NCBI GenBank assembly: GCA_945871875.1
Contig: CAMBYC010000001.1
Coordinates: forward strand, 7,202 to 71,201
Direction of reading: 5' to 3'
Length of the DNA stretch: 64,000 nucleotides
Source of the DNA: Sphingobacterium thalpophilum
GTDB lineage: Bacteria; Bacteroidota; Bacteroidia; Chitinophagales; Chitinophagaceae
Shown here: piece by piece, positions 10,423-21,345 of the stretch
Layout of the letters: the number at the start of each line of letters is the position of its first letter
Position numbering within the stretch: the first letter of the stretch is position 1
Notes under the pieces: model-generated
Told to the model about the DNA's origin: nothing
The model's database searches: none
Seen by the model: only the letters and a program-made list of their open reading frames with translations
Made by a program: the position numbers and the translations under genes

Positions 10423-11409
10423 ATGGGCAGAATCATACAATTTCGTGAAGCACTCCGCGAAGCGATGAGCGAAGAGATGAGAAAAGATGCACGTGTTTTT
10501 CTTATGGGTGAAGAAGTAGCAGAATACAATGGTGCATATAAGGTTAGCCAAGGCATGTTGGATGAATTTGGACCCAAAAGAGTTATTGATACCCCAATTG
10601 CTGAACTTGGATTTACAGGGGTAGCAGTTGGAGCAGCACAAAATGGTCTCCGTCCAATTGTTGAATATATGACATGGAATTTCGCAGTACTTTCATTAGA
10701 TCAAATTCTAAATACAGCATCTAAGATGTTGGCAATGAGTGGTGGACAAGTAGGTTGCCCAATTGTTTTTAGAGGTGCAAATGGATCTGCAGGTCAGTTG
10801 GGTGCTCAACACTCCACAGCTTTTGAAAGTATGTATGCTAACATTCCAGGATTGAAAGTAATTTCAGTATCAAATCCTTACGATGCCAAAGGTTTATTGA
10901 AAAGTGCCATTGTTGATGATGATCCTATAGTTTTTATGGAATCTGAAGTAATGTATGGCGATAAAGGAGAAGTTCCTGAAGAAGAATATTATATTCCAAT
11001 TGGAAAAGCTGATATTAAGCGTTACGGAACTGATGTAACAATTGTTTCTTTTAATAAGATGATGAAGGTTGCTTTGGCTGCTGCTGAGGAACTTCAAAAA
11101 GAAGGAATAAGTGCAGAAGTTATCGATTTAAGAACAATAAGACCACTAGATTGGCCTTGTATTCTTGAAAGTGTAAAGAAAACAAACAGATTGGTTATTG
11201 TAGAAGAACAATGGCCTTTTGCTTCTATTAGCTCTGAAATTACTTATCAAATACAAAAAGAAGGATTTGATTATTTGGATGCACCTATCAGAAGAATAAC
11301 TTCAATTGATGCACCGATGCACTATGCACCAAATTTGGTGGCAGCTTATTTGCCAGATGTACCTCGTACAGTAAAACTGGTTAAAGAGGTAATGTATATG
11401 AAGAAGTAA
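10423..11409 (+). CDS. pdhB: pyruvate/2-oxoacid dehydrogenase E1 component beta subunit
   Basis: 328 aa with transketolase-like pyrimidine-binding and C-terminal domains (MGEEVAEYNGAYKVSQG, IDTPIAELGFTG). No E1-alpha gene is adjacent. Confidence 0.88.
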   Translation: MGRIIQFREALREAMSEEMRKDARVFLMGEEVAEYNGAYKVSQGMLDEFGPKRVIDTPIAELGFTGVAVGAAQNGLRPIVEYMTWNFAVLSLDQILNTASKMLAMSGGQVGCPIVFRGANGSAGQLGAQHSTAFESMYANIPGLKVISVSNPYDAKGLLKSAIVDDDPIVFMESEVMYGDKGEVPEEEYYIPIGKADIKRYGTDVTIVSFNKMMKVALAAAEELQKEGISAEVIDLRTIRPLDWPCILESVKKTNRLVIVEEQWPFASISSEITYQIQKEGFDYLDAPIRRITSIDAPMHYAPNLVAAYLPDVPRTVKLVKEVMYMKK

Positions 11410-11426
11410 AATTAAATTTCATATCT

Positions 11427-11461
11427 TAAAATCCCGGAATATCAAATTCCGGGATTTTTTA
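11427..11461 (+). terminator. intrinsic terminator after pdhB
   Basis: AAAATCCCGGAAT / ATTCCGGGATTTT stem plus a T-run. Confidence 0.75.
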
Positions 11462-11472
11462 TTTATTTTTTT

Positions 11473-13518
11473 ATGAAATACTTATTTATTATCCTAAGTT
11501 TATTGACCACTTTTTCAGTATTTGGACAAACCAATGATTCCGTTCAAAATTTAAATGAAGTTAACGTGAAGGGGTTTTTAAAAAGCACCACATCAATTTG
11601 GGTACCTGCTGCAGTTCAAACAATATCAGGTTCCTCTTTGAAACAAATGTCGAATACTAGTTTGGTTGGTGCTGTAAACACAATTCCAGGTGTGAGGATG
11701 GAAGAACGTTCGCCAGGTAGCTACAGATTATCTATCAGAGGGAGTTTGTTGCGTTCACCATTTGGAATTAGAAACATCAAAGTATATTGGAAAGATTTAC
11801 CATTAACCGACGCAGGTGGAAATACCTATTTGAATTTAATCGACAATAATGTATTGGGTAAGATTGAAATTTTAAAAGGTCCTGCTGGAAGTATTTATGG
11901 TGCTGGAACTGGAGGTGTTGTTACAGTAGAAGAAAAAAGTAAATCTTTGAATCCCATAAAAGTCGGAATTGGTTTTACTGGTGGATCATTTGGTTTATTC
12001 AGCAGTAATGCGTCTATTGAGATTAATTCTAAAACATCACATTTAAAATTTATACAATCCCATTTGCAAAGTGATGGATACCGCCAAAATACCGCAATGA
12101 AACGCGATATGAGTTTGGTTGAAGGTTTATGGAAAACAAGTGAGAAAAATGAGATTTCAGCTTTGTTATGGGTAACCAAAATTAATTATCGTACACCTGG
12201 CGGGCTAACATTGACGCAAATGCAAGCAAATCCAAAGCAAGCACGTCCAGCAACTTCCACCTTGCCCTCAGCAGTTCAACAGCAAGCTGGTGTAAAAAAT
12301 ACAACTGTTTTCTCAGGAGTAACCAATAGTTTTACATTGTCGAATCATTGGCAAAATACAAGTTCTGTAATATTTAGTAGCACTAGGTTTGATAATCCAT
12401 TTATTACAAATTTTGAATCACGAAATGAAAATAATATTGGTGTTCGAACGCATTTTACATTTAATTATAGTTTTCCTCATGCTGAATGGCATTGGATAGC
12501 GGGGATGGAATGGCAGAAAGGTTTTTATAGGATTGACAGTTCTGGAAATGTTGGTGGAATCTCAGATAAAATCAAAGTTAGTGATGATGTAACGGCTGAG
12601 CAGCAGTTTGTGTTTAGTCAAATTGAAGTAAAATTATATAAAAAGTGGTTATTGCATACAGGATTGAGTATCAATCGTTTTAATAATCGTTTACAAAGAA
12701 TGATGCCATTAGCACAAGCATCAACGATAAATTTTAATCCTCAAGTGTTGCCAAAATTTTCTTTACTGTATAATTTGAAAAAGAATACATCTTTATTTTT
12801 ATCAGTAAGTAAAGGTTATTCTGCACCAAGTATTGCTGAAATCAGACCTTCAGCTGGAGGAATATATACAGGGTTACAAGCAGAATATGGATGGAATTTT
12901 GAAACTGGAGTAAAAATAAACTTTTCAAATCCAGCCATTCACTTTGAAGGAAACCTTTTTCACTATCAATTGAACAATGCAATTGTAAGACGAACCAATG
13001 CAGCGGGTGCTGAATATTTTATAAATGCTGGAGGAACCAATCAAAAAGGAATAGAGCTATTTTTGAATGGTTGGTTGCTAAAACATCCAATTGGATTTAT
13101 TCAACAAGTTAAACCTTCAATTGGATATACTGGATATGATTTTAGATTTGCAAATTATAAAGTTAATGCTACTGATTTCTCTGGAAATCAATTAACTGGA
13201 GTGCCTAACAAAGTTCTGGTATCTGGATTGGATATTTTATTACCTCATGGTTTTTATGAAAATACACGATATACTTATACAAGTGGTTTGCCTTTAACAG
13301 ATTTGAACGATGTGTTTGCAAATTCTTATTCACTATGGCAAGGAAGTATTGGATGGAAGCATAATTATAAGAAAACAGAAATTGAAATTTTTGGAGGAGT
13401 TGATAATATTGGAAATGAAACATATAGTTTAGGAAATGATTTAAATGCAGTTGGTAAGAGATATTACAATCCAGCACCATCAAGAAATTATTTTGCTGGA
13501 ATACGGATAAACAATTAA
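11473..13518 (+). CDS. TonB-dependent outer-membrane receptor
   Basis: Signal peptide and a plug region (IEILKGPAGSIYGAGTGGVVTVE). Long beta-barrel with C-terminal aromatic residues (NYFAGIRINN). Confidence 0.87.
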   Translation: MKYLFIILSLLTTFSVFGQTNDSVQNLNEVNVKGFLKSTTSIWVPAAVQTISGSSLKQMSNTSLVGAVNTIPGVRMEERSPGSYRLSIRGSLLRSPFGIRNIKVYWKDLPLTDAGGNTYLNLIDNNVLGKIEILKGPAGSIYGAGTGGVVTVEEKSKSLNPIKVGIGFTGGSFGLFSSNASIEINSKTSHLKFIQSHLQSDGYRQNTAMKRDMSLVEGLWKTSEKNEISALLWVTKINYRTPGGLTLTQMQANPKQARPATSTLPSAVQQQAGVKNTTVFSGVTNSFTLSNHWQNTSSVIFSSTRFDNPFITNFESRNENNIGVRTHFTFNYSFPHAEWHWIAGMEWQKGFYRIDSSGNVGGISDKIKVSDDVTAEQQFVFSQIEVKLYKKWLLHTGLSINRFNNRLQRMMPLAQASTINFNPQVLPKFSLLYNLKKNTSLFLSVSKGYSAPSIAEIRPSAGGIYTGLQAEYGWNFETGVKINFSNPAIHFEGNLFHYQLNNAIVRRTNAAGAEYFINAGGTNQKGIELFLNGWLLKHPIGFIQQVKPSIGYTGYDFRFANYKVNATDFSGNQLTGVPNKVLVSGLDILLPHGFYENTRYTYTSGLPLTDLNDVFANSYSLWQGSIGWKHNYKKTEIEIFGGVDNIGNETYSLGNDLNAVGKRYYNPAPSRNYFAGIRINN

Positions 13519-13638
13519 AATAGTACAAATTCGTTTGTTAAAAGCTGCCTTTAAGTTTTTTTAATTATAAGTCTGTCCTTATTTTAAAGCTGTTGATTCA
13601 ATGAATTAACTTATTTTTACGATTATTAAAATTGTGCT

Positions 13639-15159
13639 ATGAGTTTAGGTTGGTTAATTTTTATTCTTGCTACTATTGGATTTCATATTGGTTTGTATGG
13701 GATGTTTCGTAAAGCGGGATTTTCTTCTTGGAAAGCATTAATCCCATATTTTAACACTTGGTTAATGTGTAAAGAAATGAAATTAAAACCATCATGGTTT
13801 TGGCTTCAATTTATTCCTATTGTTGGTCAGTTTATAAGTATTTGGATTTATATAAAATTTGTAGAGCATTTCGGAAGATTTTCTTTACTGCATCACACAT
13901 TTGCAGTTTTTCTTCCGTTTATATATTTCCCTTATTTGGGTTTTTCAAAAAATGAAAGATGGGGCGGAACAGCAATTTTAAAAAACAATAAAAAAACTGC
14001 AACTCGCGAATGGATTGATGCAGCAGTTTTTGCAGTTGTAGCAGCAACTATTATAAGAACATTTGTATTTGAAGCCTATACAATTCCGACTGGTTCAATG
14101 GAAAAAACTTTGTTGGTTAATGATTTTCTATTCGTAAGCAAATCAAGTTATGGCCCTAGAATTCCTAATACACCATTAACCTTTCCTTTTGTTCACCATT
14201 CTTTACCAATTTCTAATACACAATCCTATTTAGAATGGATTAAGTTACCATACAATAGAGTGTTTTCAAATCCGGTTAAACGTAATGATGTGGTAGTTTT
14301 TAACTATCCTGTTGGCGATACCGTTATTGCAGAATTTCAATCTGAGTTTAATTACTATGATTATTTGAGGGCTTATCAAGCACAGGGTGGATCAAGAGAG
14401 CAATTGTTGTCTGAACGTAGTGATATTTTGGTTAGACCAGTAGATAAGAGAGAAAATTTCATTAAACGATGTGTAGGAATTTCTGGAGATACGATTAAAA
14501 TTGTTGATGGTATGCTTTTTGTTAATGGTAAAACATCTGATGTTCCAGCAAAATCAGAAACTTTTTATTTGGTTACAACAAATGGAAAAGATTTTCTTTC
14601 TGCTGAATTTATGAAAGATGAATTGAATGTAGATATGAATGATTTCGAACAACGAGATATTTCAACAGTTCAAGGGGTTCCGAATACTTGGAGAATGAAT
14701 CTTACCGAGGATGAATTAGCCAAGGTTAAAAAGTTTTCATTTATAACAAACGTAGCGAAAGATTTAAATACTGCAGGTTTCGGGAATACATTCCCTTATG
14801 ATACAGCACATTATAAATGGTCTGAAGATAATTTTGGTCCATTATGGATACCCGCTAAAGGTGCAACATTGGAATTGACTTCATTTAACATTGCAGCATA
14901 CAGAAGAGTGATAGAAGTTTATGAAGGCAATATATTGGAAGAAAAAGACGGTAAGTTTTTTATTAATGGTGTTGAAACAAAAAATTACACCTTTAAAATG
15001 AACTATTTTTGGTTGATGGGTGACAACAGACACAATTCACAAGATTCTCGATTTTGGGGTTTTGTTCCAGAAGACCATGTTGTAGGTAAAGCATCTTTAA
15101 TATGGTTTAGCTGGCAAAATGGACCTAGATGGAAACGTTTATTTAATGTAATCAAATAA
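13639..15159 (+). CDS. lepB: signal peptidase I with N-terminal extra membrane module
   Basis: SPase I boxes GSMEKTL, KRCVGISGD and GDNRHNSQDSRFWGFVP. The first ~110 aa form an additional multi-TM segment. Confidence 0.9.
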   Translation: MSLGWLIFILATIGFHIGLYGMFRKAGFSSWKALIPYFNTWLMCKEMKLKPSWFWLQFIPIVGQFISIWIYIKFVEHFGRFSLLHHTFAVFLPFIYFPYLGFSKNERWGGTAILKNNKKTATREWIDAAVFAVVAATIIRTFVFEAYTIPTGSMEKTLLVNDFLFVSKSSYGPRIPNTPLTFPFVHHSLPISNTQSYLEWIKLPYNRVFSNPVKRNDVVVFNYPVGDTVIAEFQSEFNYYDYLRAYQAQGGSREQLLSERSDILVRPVDKRENFIKRCVGISGDTIKIVDGMLFVNGKTSDVPAKSETFYLVTTNGKDFLSAEFMKDELNVDMNDFEQRDISTVQGVPNTWRMNLTEDELAKVKKFSFITNVAKDLNTAGFGNTFPYDTAHYKWSEDNFGPLWIPAKGATLELTSFNIAAYRRVIEVYEGNILEEKDGKFFINGVETKNYTFKMNYFWLMGDNRHNSQDSRFWGFVPEDHVVGKASLIWFSWQNGPRWKRLFNVIK

Positions 15160-15177
15160 ATTACACATAAAATAAGT

Positions 15178-15210
15178 AGAAAAAATCCCGGCAAAAACCG
15201 GGATTTTTTC
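15178..15210 (+). terminator. intrinsic terminator after lepB
   Basis: AAAAATCCCGG / CCGGGATTTTT stem, loop CAAAAA, then a T-run. Confidence 0.75.
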
Positions 15211-15224
15211 TACAATTATATTTA

Positions 15225-15719
15225 ATGAAGAAAATATCAAATAGTTTTGAATATGAAATTTATTCTTCAATTGATTTGTTAAAGATTGAAGATAAAGAGC
15301 TTTTAAATGCAGCAAGAGCAATATGCAAACAAGCGTATGCTCCATATTCAAGTTTTTTTGTGGGAGCAGCAGCAAGATTATCAAATGGAATTATAATTAC
15401 AGGTACTAACCAAGAGAATGCTTCATTTCCAGCTGGTATTTGTGCTGAAAGAACTCTTTTAGCTGCTGCTTCTTCAGTTTACCACGAACATACTATTGTG
15501 AAGATTGCAGTAAGTTATGAAGGTAAAAACATTCAAAGCGACCATCCAATATCTCCTTGTGGTGTTTGTAGACAGTTTTTGGCTGAATATGAATCAAGAG
15601 TAGGTTTTGATGTTACTTTGATTTTAGGAGGGCAAATTGGGGATGTCATCATTATTCCCCAGCTTCATGCTTTACTACCTCTTGCTTTTACGGCGAATGA
15701 GTTACCTAAATTATTCTGA
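15225..15719 (+). CDS. cdd: cytidine deaminase
   Basis: Zinc-ligand motifs CAERTLL and PCGVCRQFL. Length is 164 aa. Confidence 0.9.
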   Translation: MKKISNSFEYEIYSSIDLLKIEDKELLNAARAICKQAYAPYSSFFVGAAARLSNGIIITGTNQENASFPAGICAERTLLAAASSVYHEHTIVKIAVSYEGKNIQSDHPISPCGVCRQFLAEYESRVGFDVTLILGGQIGDVIIIPQLHALLPLAFTANELPKLF

Positions 15720-17018
15720 TCCTAGCTCTCCAATTATATATTGAATGGCATTTGCCGCCATTTTGGCTTTAAACAAAGCATTTATATATCTATCTTGTGC
15801 TTGAATTAAACTCGATTGTGCCTGACGCAATTCTATTAGATTACTTTGTAATTTTTTAAATCTTTCAGTAGAAATAAAATTGTTTTCTTCAGCAATTACG
15901 ATGTTTTTCTTTTCAATTTCTGCCACAGAAATTGCATTTTGATAATCTTGGTAAGCAACCAAAATATCTTGTTTCAATTGGGTTTGAATCAATTCTTTTT
16001 GCAATTCTTGCTGTCGAAATTGAATGGCATTAATTTTTAACTGTGTTTTTACAGCTGTTGTATTAAAAATTGGAATTGAAACGGAAACTCCAATATTGGG
16101 TCCGTAAGTCATATTGGTTAAAAATAATCCACCAGTTGCAATGGTTCTGCTATAGTTGGTAGTACTATTTAAACTTACAATAGGTAGTTTTTGTGCATTT
16201 ATGATAATTCTATCTTTCGCTATTACTGCCAATTGACGTTCTGCTAAAAGAATTGAAATATTTTGGGTATCTAATTTTGCCAAAATATTTTTGTAATCAA
16301 TTGTTGGAATTTTAAATGATGAATCTACTACTTCAAATATAAATTCAGCACTATTTTTCATTAGTGTGTTTAGTGCAATTTTGTTAGATGAAATCTGTCT
16401 TTGAATTTCTTGTAAACTTATAAATTGCTCATTCAAATCTATTTTTGATTGAAGCATGTCTGTTTTGGCAGCATTTCCAACGTCAAATCTAGCTTGTGCA
16501 ATATTTAAACGCTCTTTTGATAGGAGTATGTTAGATTGAAATGCTTTTACTTGTTGATTTAGTCTGACAATATTATAATAAGTAGATAAAACTTCGTAAG
16601 TGATTTGTTGCATTTGTTGTTCCACTTGAAGTGTACCAATCTTTTCAAGTTCATCAAAACGTTCTTTGGTGGCAGTAACCCTATTGCCATTATAAACTCT
16701 CCAAATTGCATTTAATGAAGCATTCACAATATTATTGGTAACCCCATTTCTTTTAATTATTGTACCATTTGAAAGCACTTGATTAAGGTTAGACAATGCT
16801 TCTGTATTACCTATGTTGGCTTGGATTGTAGGCAATTTGCCGGCATTTGCCCAATTGTTTTGAATTTCGGCAATATCTAAATTTGAATTAACAATTTTTA
16901 TATTCAAATTATTTTCTAATGCTATGCGAATTGCATCAGCCGAAGAAATAACAGATGTCTGCTGGCCTAATGAGATTAGGGGCAAACAAAATAGAATCCA
17001 CAAAATTTTAATCTTCAT
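15711..17018 (-). CDS. TolC-family outer-membrane efflux protein
   Basis: Likely ATG at 17018 (MKIKILWILFCLPLISLGQQ signal peptide). It overlaps the 3' end of the upstream RND gene by 11 nt. The coiled-coil/beta-barrel repeat pattern is typical of OMF proteins. Confidence 0.87.
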   Translation of the reverse strand: MKIKILWILFCLPLISLGQQTSVISSADAIRIALENNLNIKIVNSNLDIAEIQNNWANAGKLPTIQANIGNTEALSNLNQVLSNGTIIKRNGVTNNIVNASLNAIWRVYNGNRVTATKERFDELEKIGTLQVEQQMQQITYEVLSTYYNIVRLNQQVKAFQSNILLSKERLNIAQARFDVGNAAKTDMLQSKIDLNEQFISLQEIQRQISSNKIALNTLMKNSAEFIFEVVDSSFKIPTIDYKNILAKLDTQNISILLAERQLAVIAKDRIIINAQKLPIVSLNSTTNYSRTIATGGLFLTNMTYGPNIGVSVSIPIFNTTAVKTQLKINAIQFRQQELQKELIQTQLKQDILVAYQDYQNAISVAEIEKKNIVIAEENNFISTERFKKLQSNLIELRQAQSSLIQAQDRYINALFKAKMAANAIQYIIGELGSE

Positions 17019-20000
17019 AATGTACCTTTTTTTTCCTGGAAATAAAACTATATAAAGCCGGTACAACAAAAAGTGTTAATACGAGTGCGAACAACATCCC
17101 ACCAACTATTACAATTCCTAATGGAATCCGGCTTTTACCAGCTGACCCAATTGCTAAGGCAATAGGTAATGCACCAAGTGAAGTTGCCAATGTTGTCATT
17201 AAAATTGGTCTAAGTCTCGCAACAGCGGCTTCTAATGCTGCACTAAAACGATCTGCTCCTTTTTCTCGCTTCTGGTTGGCAAATTCTACAATTAAAATTC
17301 CATTTTTGGTTACCAAACCAATCAACATAATGATGCCGATTTGAGAAAAAATGTTTAAAGTTTGTCCAAATAAAGCAAGACTAACCACAGCTCCGGCAAG
17401 TGCCAAAGGAACAGTTATCATAATTATTAGGGGATCAATAAAGCTTTCAAATTGTGCTGACAATACTAAAAATATTAGAATTAATGCCAATATAAATGCA
17501 AAGCTTGTGTTTGAAGAACTTTCTTTAAAATCTCTTGATGCACCACTTAAAGCAGTAGTAAATGTTTCATCTAATACAACTTTTGAAATTCTTTCCATCT
17601 CTTCAATACCATCTTTTAATGTTTTTCCTTGAGCTAAGCCAGCAGAAATTGTAGCACTCTTAAATCTACTAAAATGGTAAATTGAAGGAGGATTTGCTGA
17701 CTCAATTATAGTAACAAGATTATCCAATTGAATTAATTCACCTCTTTTATTTCTAACATACAAAAATTTAATGTCTGATGGGTCATCCCTATCTTCTCTG
17801 TTTACTTGTCCAATTACTTGGTATTGTTTGCCGTTCATTGTGAAATAACCAAATCTTCTTCCGCTAAACGCCAATTGAAGTGTATTGGTTACGTCTTGAA
17901 TAGACACACCTAATTCACTGGCTTTTAAACGATCTATTGTAATTTGAAGTTCGGGTTTATTAAACTTCAAGTTTGCATCAAATCCTTGAAAAACTGAACT
18001 TTTTGATACTTCATCCATAAATTTAGGAATGAATTGAACCAATTTTTCGAAATTTAAGTTTTGGATTACAAACTGTACTGGCAATCCTCCACGAGATCCT
18101 TGTCCAACTGAAATGGTTTGTTCTTGGACTGGCAATACCCGCACTTTTGTATAATCTTTAAACATGCGTTGCATTTGAAGAAGAATATCGTTCTGTGATC
18201 TAGTTCTTTGTGAGGCATCAACCAATCCTAAACTTAAAAAAGCTGAATTTGCACCTCCACCTCCATTGAATGTTGGAGCGAAAGTTAATAAGACATATCG
18301 TTCTGGGATAGAATCTATAATTTTTTGAGCTGCTTCGTAAGATACTTTTTCCATGAAGTCAAAATCAGTTCCTTCAGGTGCTAGAACACTTGCTCTTAAT
18401 CTATTTCTGTCTTCTAAAGGCGCCAATTCAGAAGGCAAACCACTCCCAATAAAATAAATTAATCCGATACAAATTGCAATTATTACCAAAGATATCCAAC
18501 GAACTTTCATAAAGGCCGTCAACATATTTCTATATACATCTTCTAAAGACTGGAAAAATGGTTCAGTTTTTAGATAAAACCATGAGTGTTTTATGCCACC
18601 GCTTGTTGTTCTGGTTAGATAAATGTTTAATACTGGAGTAAGACTTAATGATACAAAAGCTGAAATCAAAACTGCACCGGCTACTACTATTCCAAATTCT
18701 CTAAATAATCTACCAACAAATCCTTGCAAGAAAATGATTGGTAAAAATACAATAGCAAGTGTAATTGAGGTTGTGATTACTGCAAAATAAATTTCATTTG
18801 CACCTTCTTTTGCGGCTCTCCACTTATCCATTCCCTGTTCCATCTTTTTATAGATGTTTTCTGTTACCACAATACCATCATCAACCACTAATCCTGTAGC
18901 CAATACTAGAGATAATAATGTTAGTACATTGATTGAAAAACCAGAGATATACATTATAAAAAACGCACCAATTAATGAAACTGGAATGTCGATGAGCGGC
19001 CTAAAAGCAATTGACCATTCTCTAAAGAATAAATAGATAATGATGATTACTAATAGAATGGCTATAAATAATGTTTCTTTAACTTCAGTAATTGCCTTTC
19101 TTACAAATGTTGTTCTATCAAAACCGATTTCCAAAATAATATCTTTTGGAAGATCTTTTTTGATAACTTCCAATCGCTTGTACAATTCGTCTGCAATTGC
19201 TACTTGATTAGAACCAGGTTGAGCAATAACCGATAAATTTACGGATAGAATATTGTTTTTTCTTGTAATACTTTCTTCGTTTTCAGGAGCTAGAATTGCA
19301 TATCCAACATCTTTAAGTCGAATAATTTTACCTGAATTTTGTGAAATTATTAAGTTATTAAAATCATCTTCAGTGGTGAGTTTACCATAAGCTTTAACGG
19401 TTAGTTCGGTAACATCACCTCTCACTTTCCCACCAGGTAATTCAATGTTTTCTCTGTCTAATGCTGTTCTAACATCTTGAATAGAAAGTTTATAAGCAGA
19501 AAGTTTAGAAGGATCAAACCATATTCTCATAGAATATCGGTTTCCCAATACATTTACAGCACTTACACCATTAATGGTTTGTAATCTTTCTTGAACAACA
19601 TTTTCACCAAATTCGGTCAATTCTAACAATGTTCTTTTGTCACTCAGCAATTGCATGTAAACAATTGGATCTGAATCTGCATCCTGTTTATTTACAGATG
19701 GCGGAGCATCAATATCTTGTGGCAAAACATTAATTGCTTGCGAAACTTTTTCACGAACATCATTGGCAGCTTTCTCTAAATCAACATTTAGCTCAAATTC
19801 AACAGTTATTGAACTGCTACCTTGGCTGCTTGATGATGTTATAGTTTTAACTCCTTCTACACCGTTTACAGCTTTTTCTAGGGGTTCTGTAATCTGGGTT
19901 TCAATAATTTCTGCATTTGCTCCAGTATAAGATGTCCTCACAGAAATAACTGGAGGATCGATTGCGGGATATTCCCTTACGCCAAGAAAATTATAGCCAA

Positions 20001-20082
20001 TTGCTCCAAAAATTATAATAACGATTGAACAAACAATAGCAAATATTGGACGTTTTAAACTCAGTTCAGATAAATTCATCAA
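17008..20082 (-). CDS. RND (AcrB/HAE1-like) efflux permease
   Basis: 1024 aa. The 12-TM architecture with two large periplasmic loops and the conserved TM4 region (ATGLVVDDGIVVTENI) fit the family. Confidence 0.95.
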   Translation of the reverse strand: MMNLSELSLKRPIFAIVCSIVIIIFGAIGYNFLGVREYPAIDPPVISVRTSYTGANAEIIETQITEPLEKAVNGVEGVKTITSSSSQGSSSITVEFELNVDLEKAANDVREKVSQAINVLPQDIDAPPSVNKQDADSDPIVYMQLLSDKRTLLELTEFGENVVQERLQTINGVSAVNVLGNRYSMRIWFDPSKLSAYKLSIQDVRTALDRENIELPGGKVRGDVTELTVKAYGKLTTEDDFNNLIISQNSGKIIRLKDVGYAILAPENEESITRKNNILSVNLSVIAQPGSNQVAIADELYKRLEVIKKDLPKDIILEIGFDRTTFVRKAITEVKETLFIAILLVIIIIYLFFREWSIAFRPLIDIPVSLIGAFFIMYISGFSINVLTLLSLVLATGLVVDDGIVVTENIYKKMEQGMDKWRAAKEGANEIYFAVITTSITLAIVFLPIIFLQGFVGRLFREFGIVVAGAVLISAFVSLSLTPVLNIYLTRTTSGGIKHSWFYLKTEPFFQSLEDVYRNMLTAFMKVRWISLVIIAICIGLIYFIGSGLPSELAPLEDRNRLRASVLAPEGTDFDFMEKVSYEAAQKIIDSIPERYVLLTFAPTFNGGGGANSAFLSLGLVDASQRTRSQNDILLQMQRMFKDYTKVRVLPVQEQTISVGQGSRGGLPVQFVIQNLNFEKLVQFIPKFMDEVSKSSVFQGFDANLKFNKPELQITIDRLKASELGVSIQDVTNTLQLAFSGRRFGYFTMNGKQYQVIGQVNREDRDDPSDIKFLYVRNKRGELIQLDNLVTIIESANPPSIYHFSRFKSATISAGLAQGKTLKDGIEEMERISKVVLDETFTTALSGASRDFKESSSNTSFAFILALILIFLVLSAQFESFIDPLIIMITVPLALAGAVVSLALFGQTLNIFSQIGIIMLIGLVTKNGILIVEFANQKREKGADRFSAALEAAVARLRPILMTTLATSLGALPIALAIGSAGKSRIPLGIVIVGGMLFALVLTLFVVPALYSFISRKKKVHYED

Positions 20083-20095
20083 CAGCAGTTTAAGA

Positions 20096-21145
20096 TCAAT
20101 TAATTTTAGACAATTTGATTTTGGAATCTGGTTTTACGAAAAGCAAACCTGTTGTGATGATTGTATCACCTATGTTTAATCCTGTTAAAATTTCAACATT
20201 TCCAGATTCTCTAACCCCAGTAGTAACTTTTTTCATTATAGCAACCCCATTTTGATAGGTTGCCACCATTTTATTTCTAGCTTGTGGAATAATTGCATAA
20301 GTAGGTATCATCATTGCTGCATTATTTGCAGCCAATTCTAAAGATATTTTTACAAATGAACCTGATAGTAATGAGTTATCATTTCCATTTACCAACGCTA
20401 ATATTTTTAAGTTTCTTGTTGTTTCATCAATCGCAGATTCTTTAGCTACTACATTGGCCGTAAACTTTTTTTCAGAACCTTCCAAACTAAAAAGAACAGC
20501 TTGATGTGTTTTAATTGTTGTGCCATATTTTTCAGGCACATTAAAAACCAATTTCATTCTATCCGTTTGTGTAATGGTTGTAACTATTGTTGATGGTGAA
20601 ATATAAGCTCCTGGGCTGATATTTTTTAACCCTAATTTTCCAGTATATGGGGCTCTAATTTCTGTTTTACCGATATTTACTTTTACCAATTCAATATCAG
20701 CTTTGATATTACTTAATTGCAATACAGATAAATCGTAATCTTGTTGTGCAATACCGCCTATTTTTAATAATTCACGCTGGCGTTCTTCGGTTTTATCTAT
20801 TATTTGTAATTGTACGTTTAATTTATTCAATTGTGCTTGTAAATCAGCATCATAAATTTTCACCAATAAACTACCCTTTAAAACTGTTTCACCCTCTTTG
20901 ATATTTAAACTTACTACTCTTCCAGCAATTTCAGGTCTGATTTCAGTAGATTCAAATGGAAATAAAGTTCCAGATAAGGTAAGTGAAGGTTGCAATTTGC
21001 TCCCAGTAATAACCATTCCCTCAACTTTTAATGGACCTCCCCCTGTTTTTCCTCCCTTTCCGCCTACAGGTTGGCTCTCTTTTTCTTTACACGACAAAGT
21101 AAATAAACAAAGAATGAAAAGTATTGAGGATAGAACTTTTATCAT
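20096..21145 (-). CDS. RND efflux periplasmic adaptor (membrane fusion protein), lipoprotein
   Basis: ATG at 21145 gives the lipoprotein signal MIKVLSSILFILCLFTLSC; an alternative ATG lies at 21193. The protein shows the barrel-sandwich/coiled-coil pattern and sits directly upstream of the RND pump. Confidence 0.88.
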   Translation of the reverse strand: MIKVLSSILFILCLFTLSCKEKESQPVGGKGGKTGGGPLKVEGMVITGSKLQPSLTLSGTLFPFESTEIRPEIAGRVVSLNIKEGETVLKGSLLVKIYDADLQAQLNKLNVQLQIIDKTEERQRELLKIGGIAQQDYDLSVLQLSNIKADIELVKVNIGKTEIRAPYTGKLGLKNISPGAYISPSTIVTTITQTDRMKLVFNVPEKYGTTIKTHQAVLFSLEGSEKKFTANVVAKESAIDETTRNLKILALVNGNDNSLLSGSFVKISLELAANNAAMMIPTYAIIPQARNKMVATYQNGVAIMKKVTTGVRESGNVEILTGLNIGDTIITTGLLFVKPDSKIKLSKIN

Positions 21146-21345
21146 AAATGTTGATGAGATTTTAATAAATATTACAAGAATAATTTTTTGCATCCTAATA
21201 GATGCTAAATTTTTACAATTCTTTTAATAAAATTTTAACTTAAATTTTTATCAGGCGAATTTACCAACTGTTTTTGAATTATACTCACAATACTTAAATC
21301 ATAATCTAAATCGATTATAAATAATAAAGCGTTACATATAATTTG

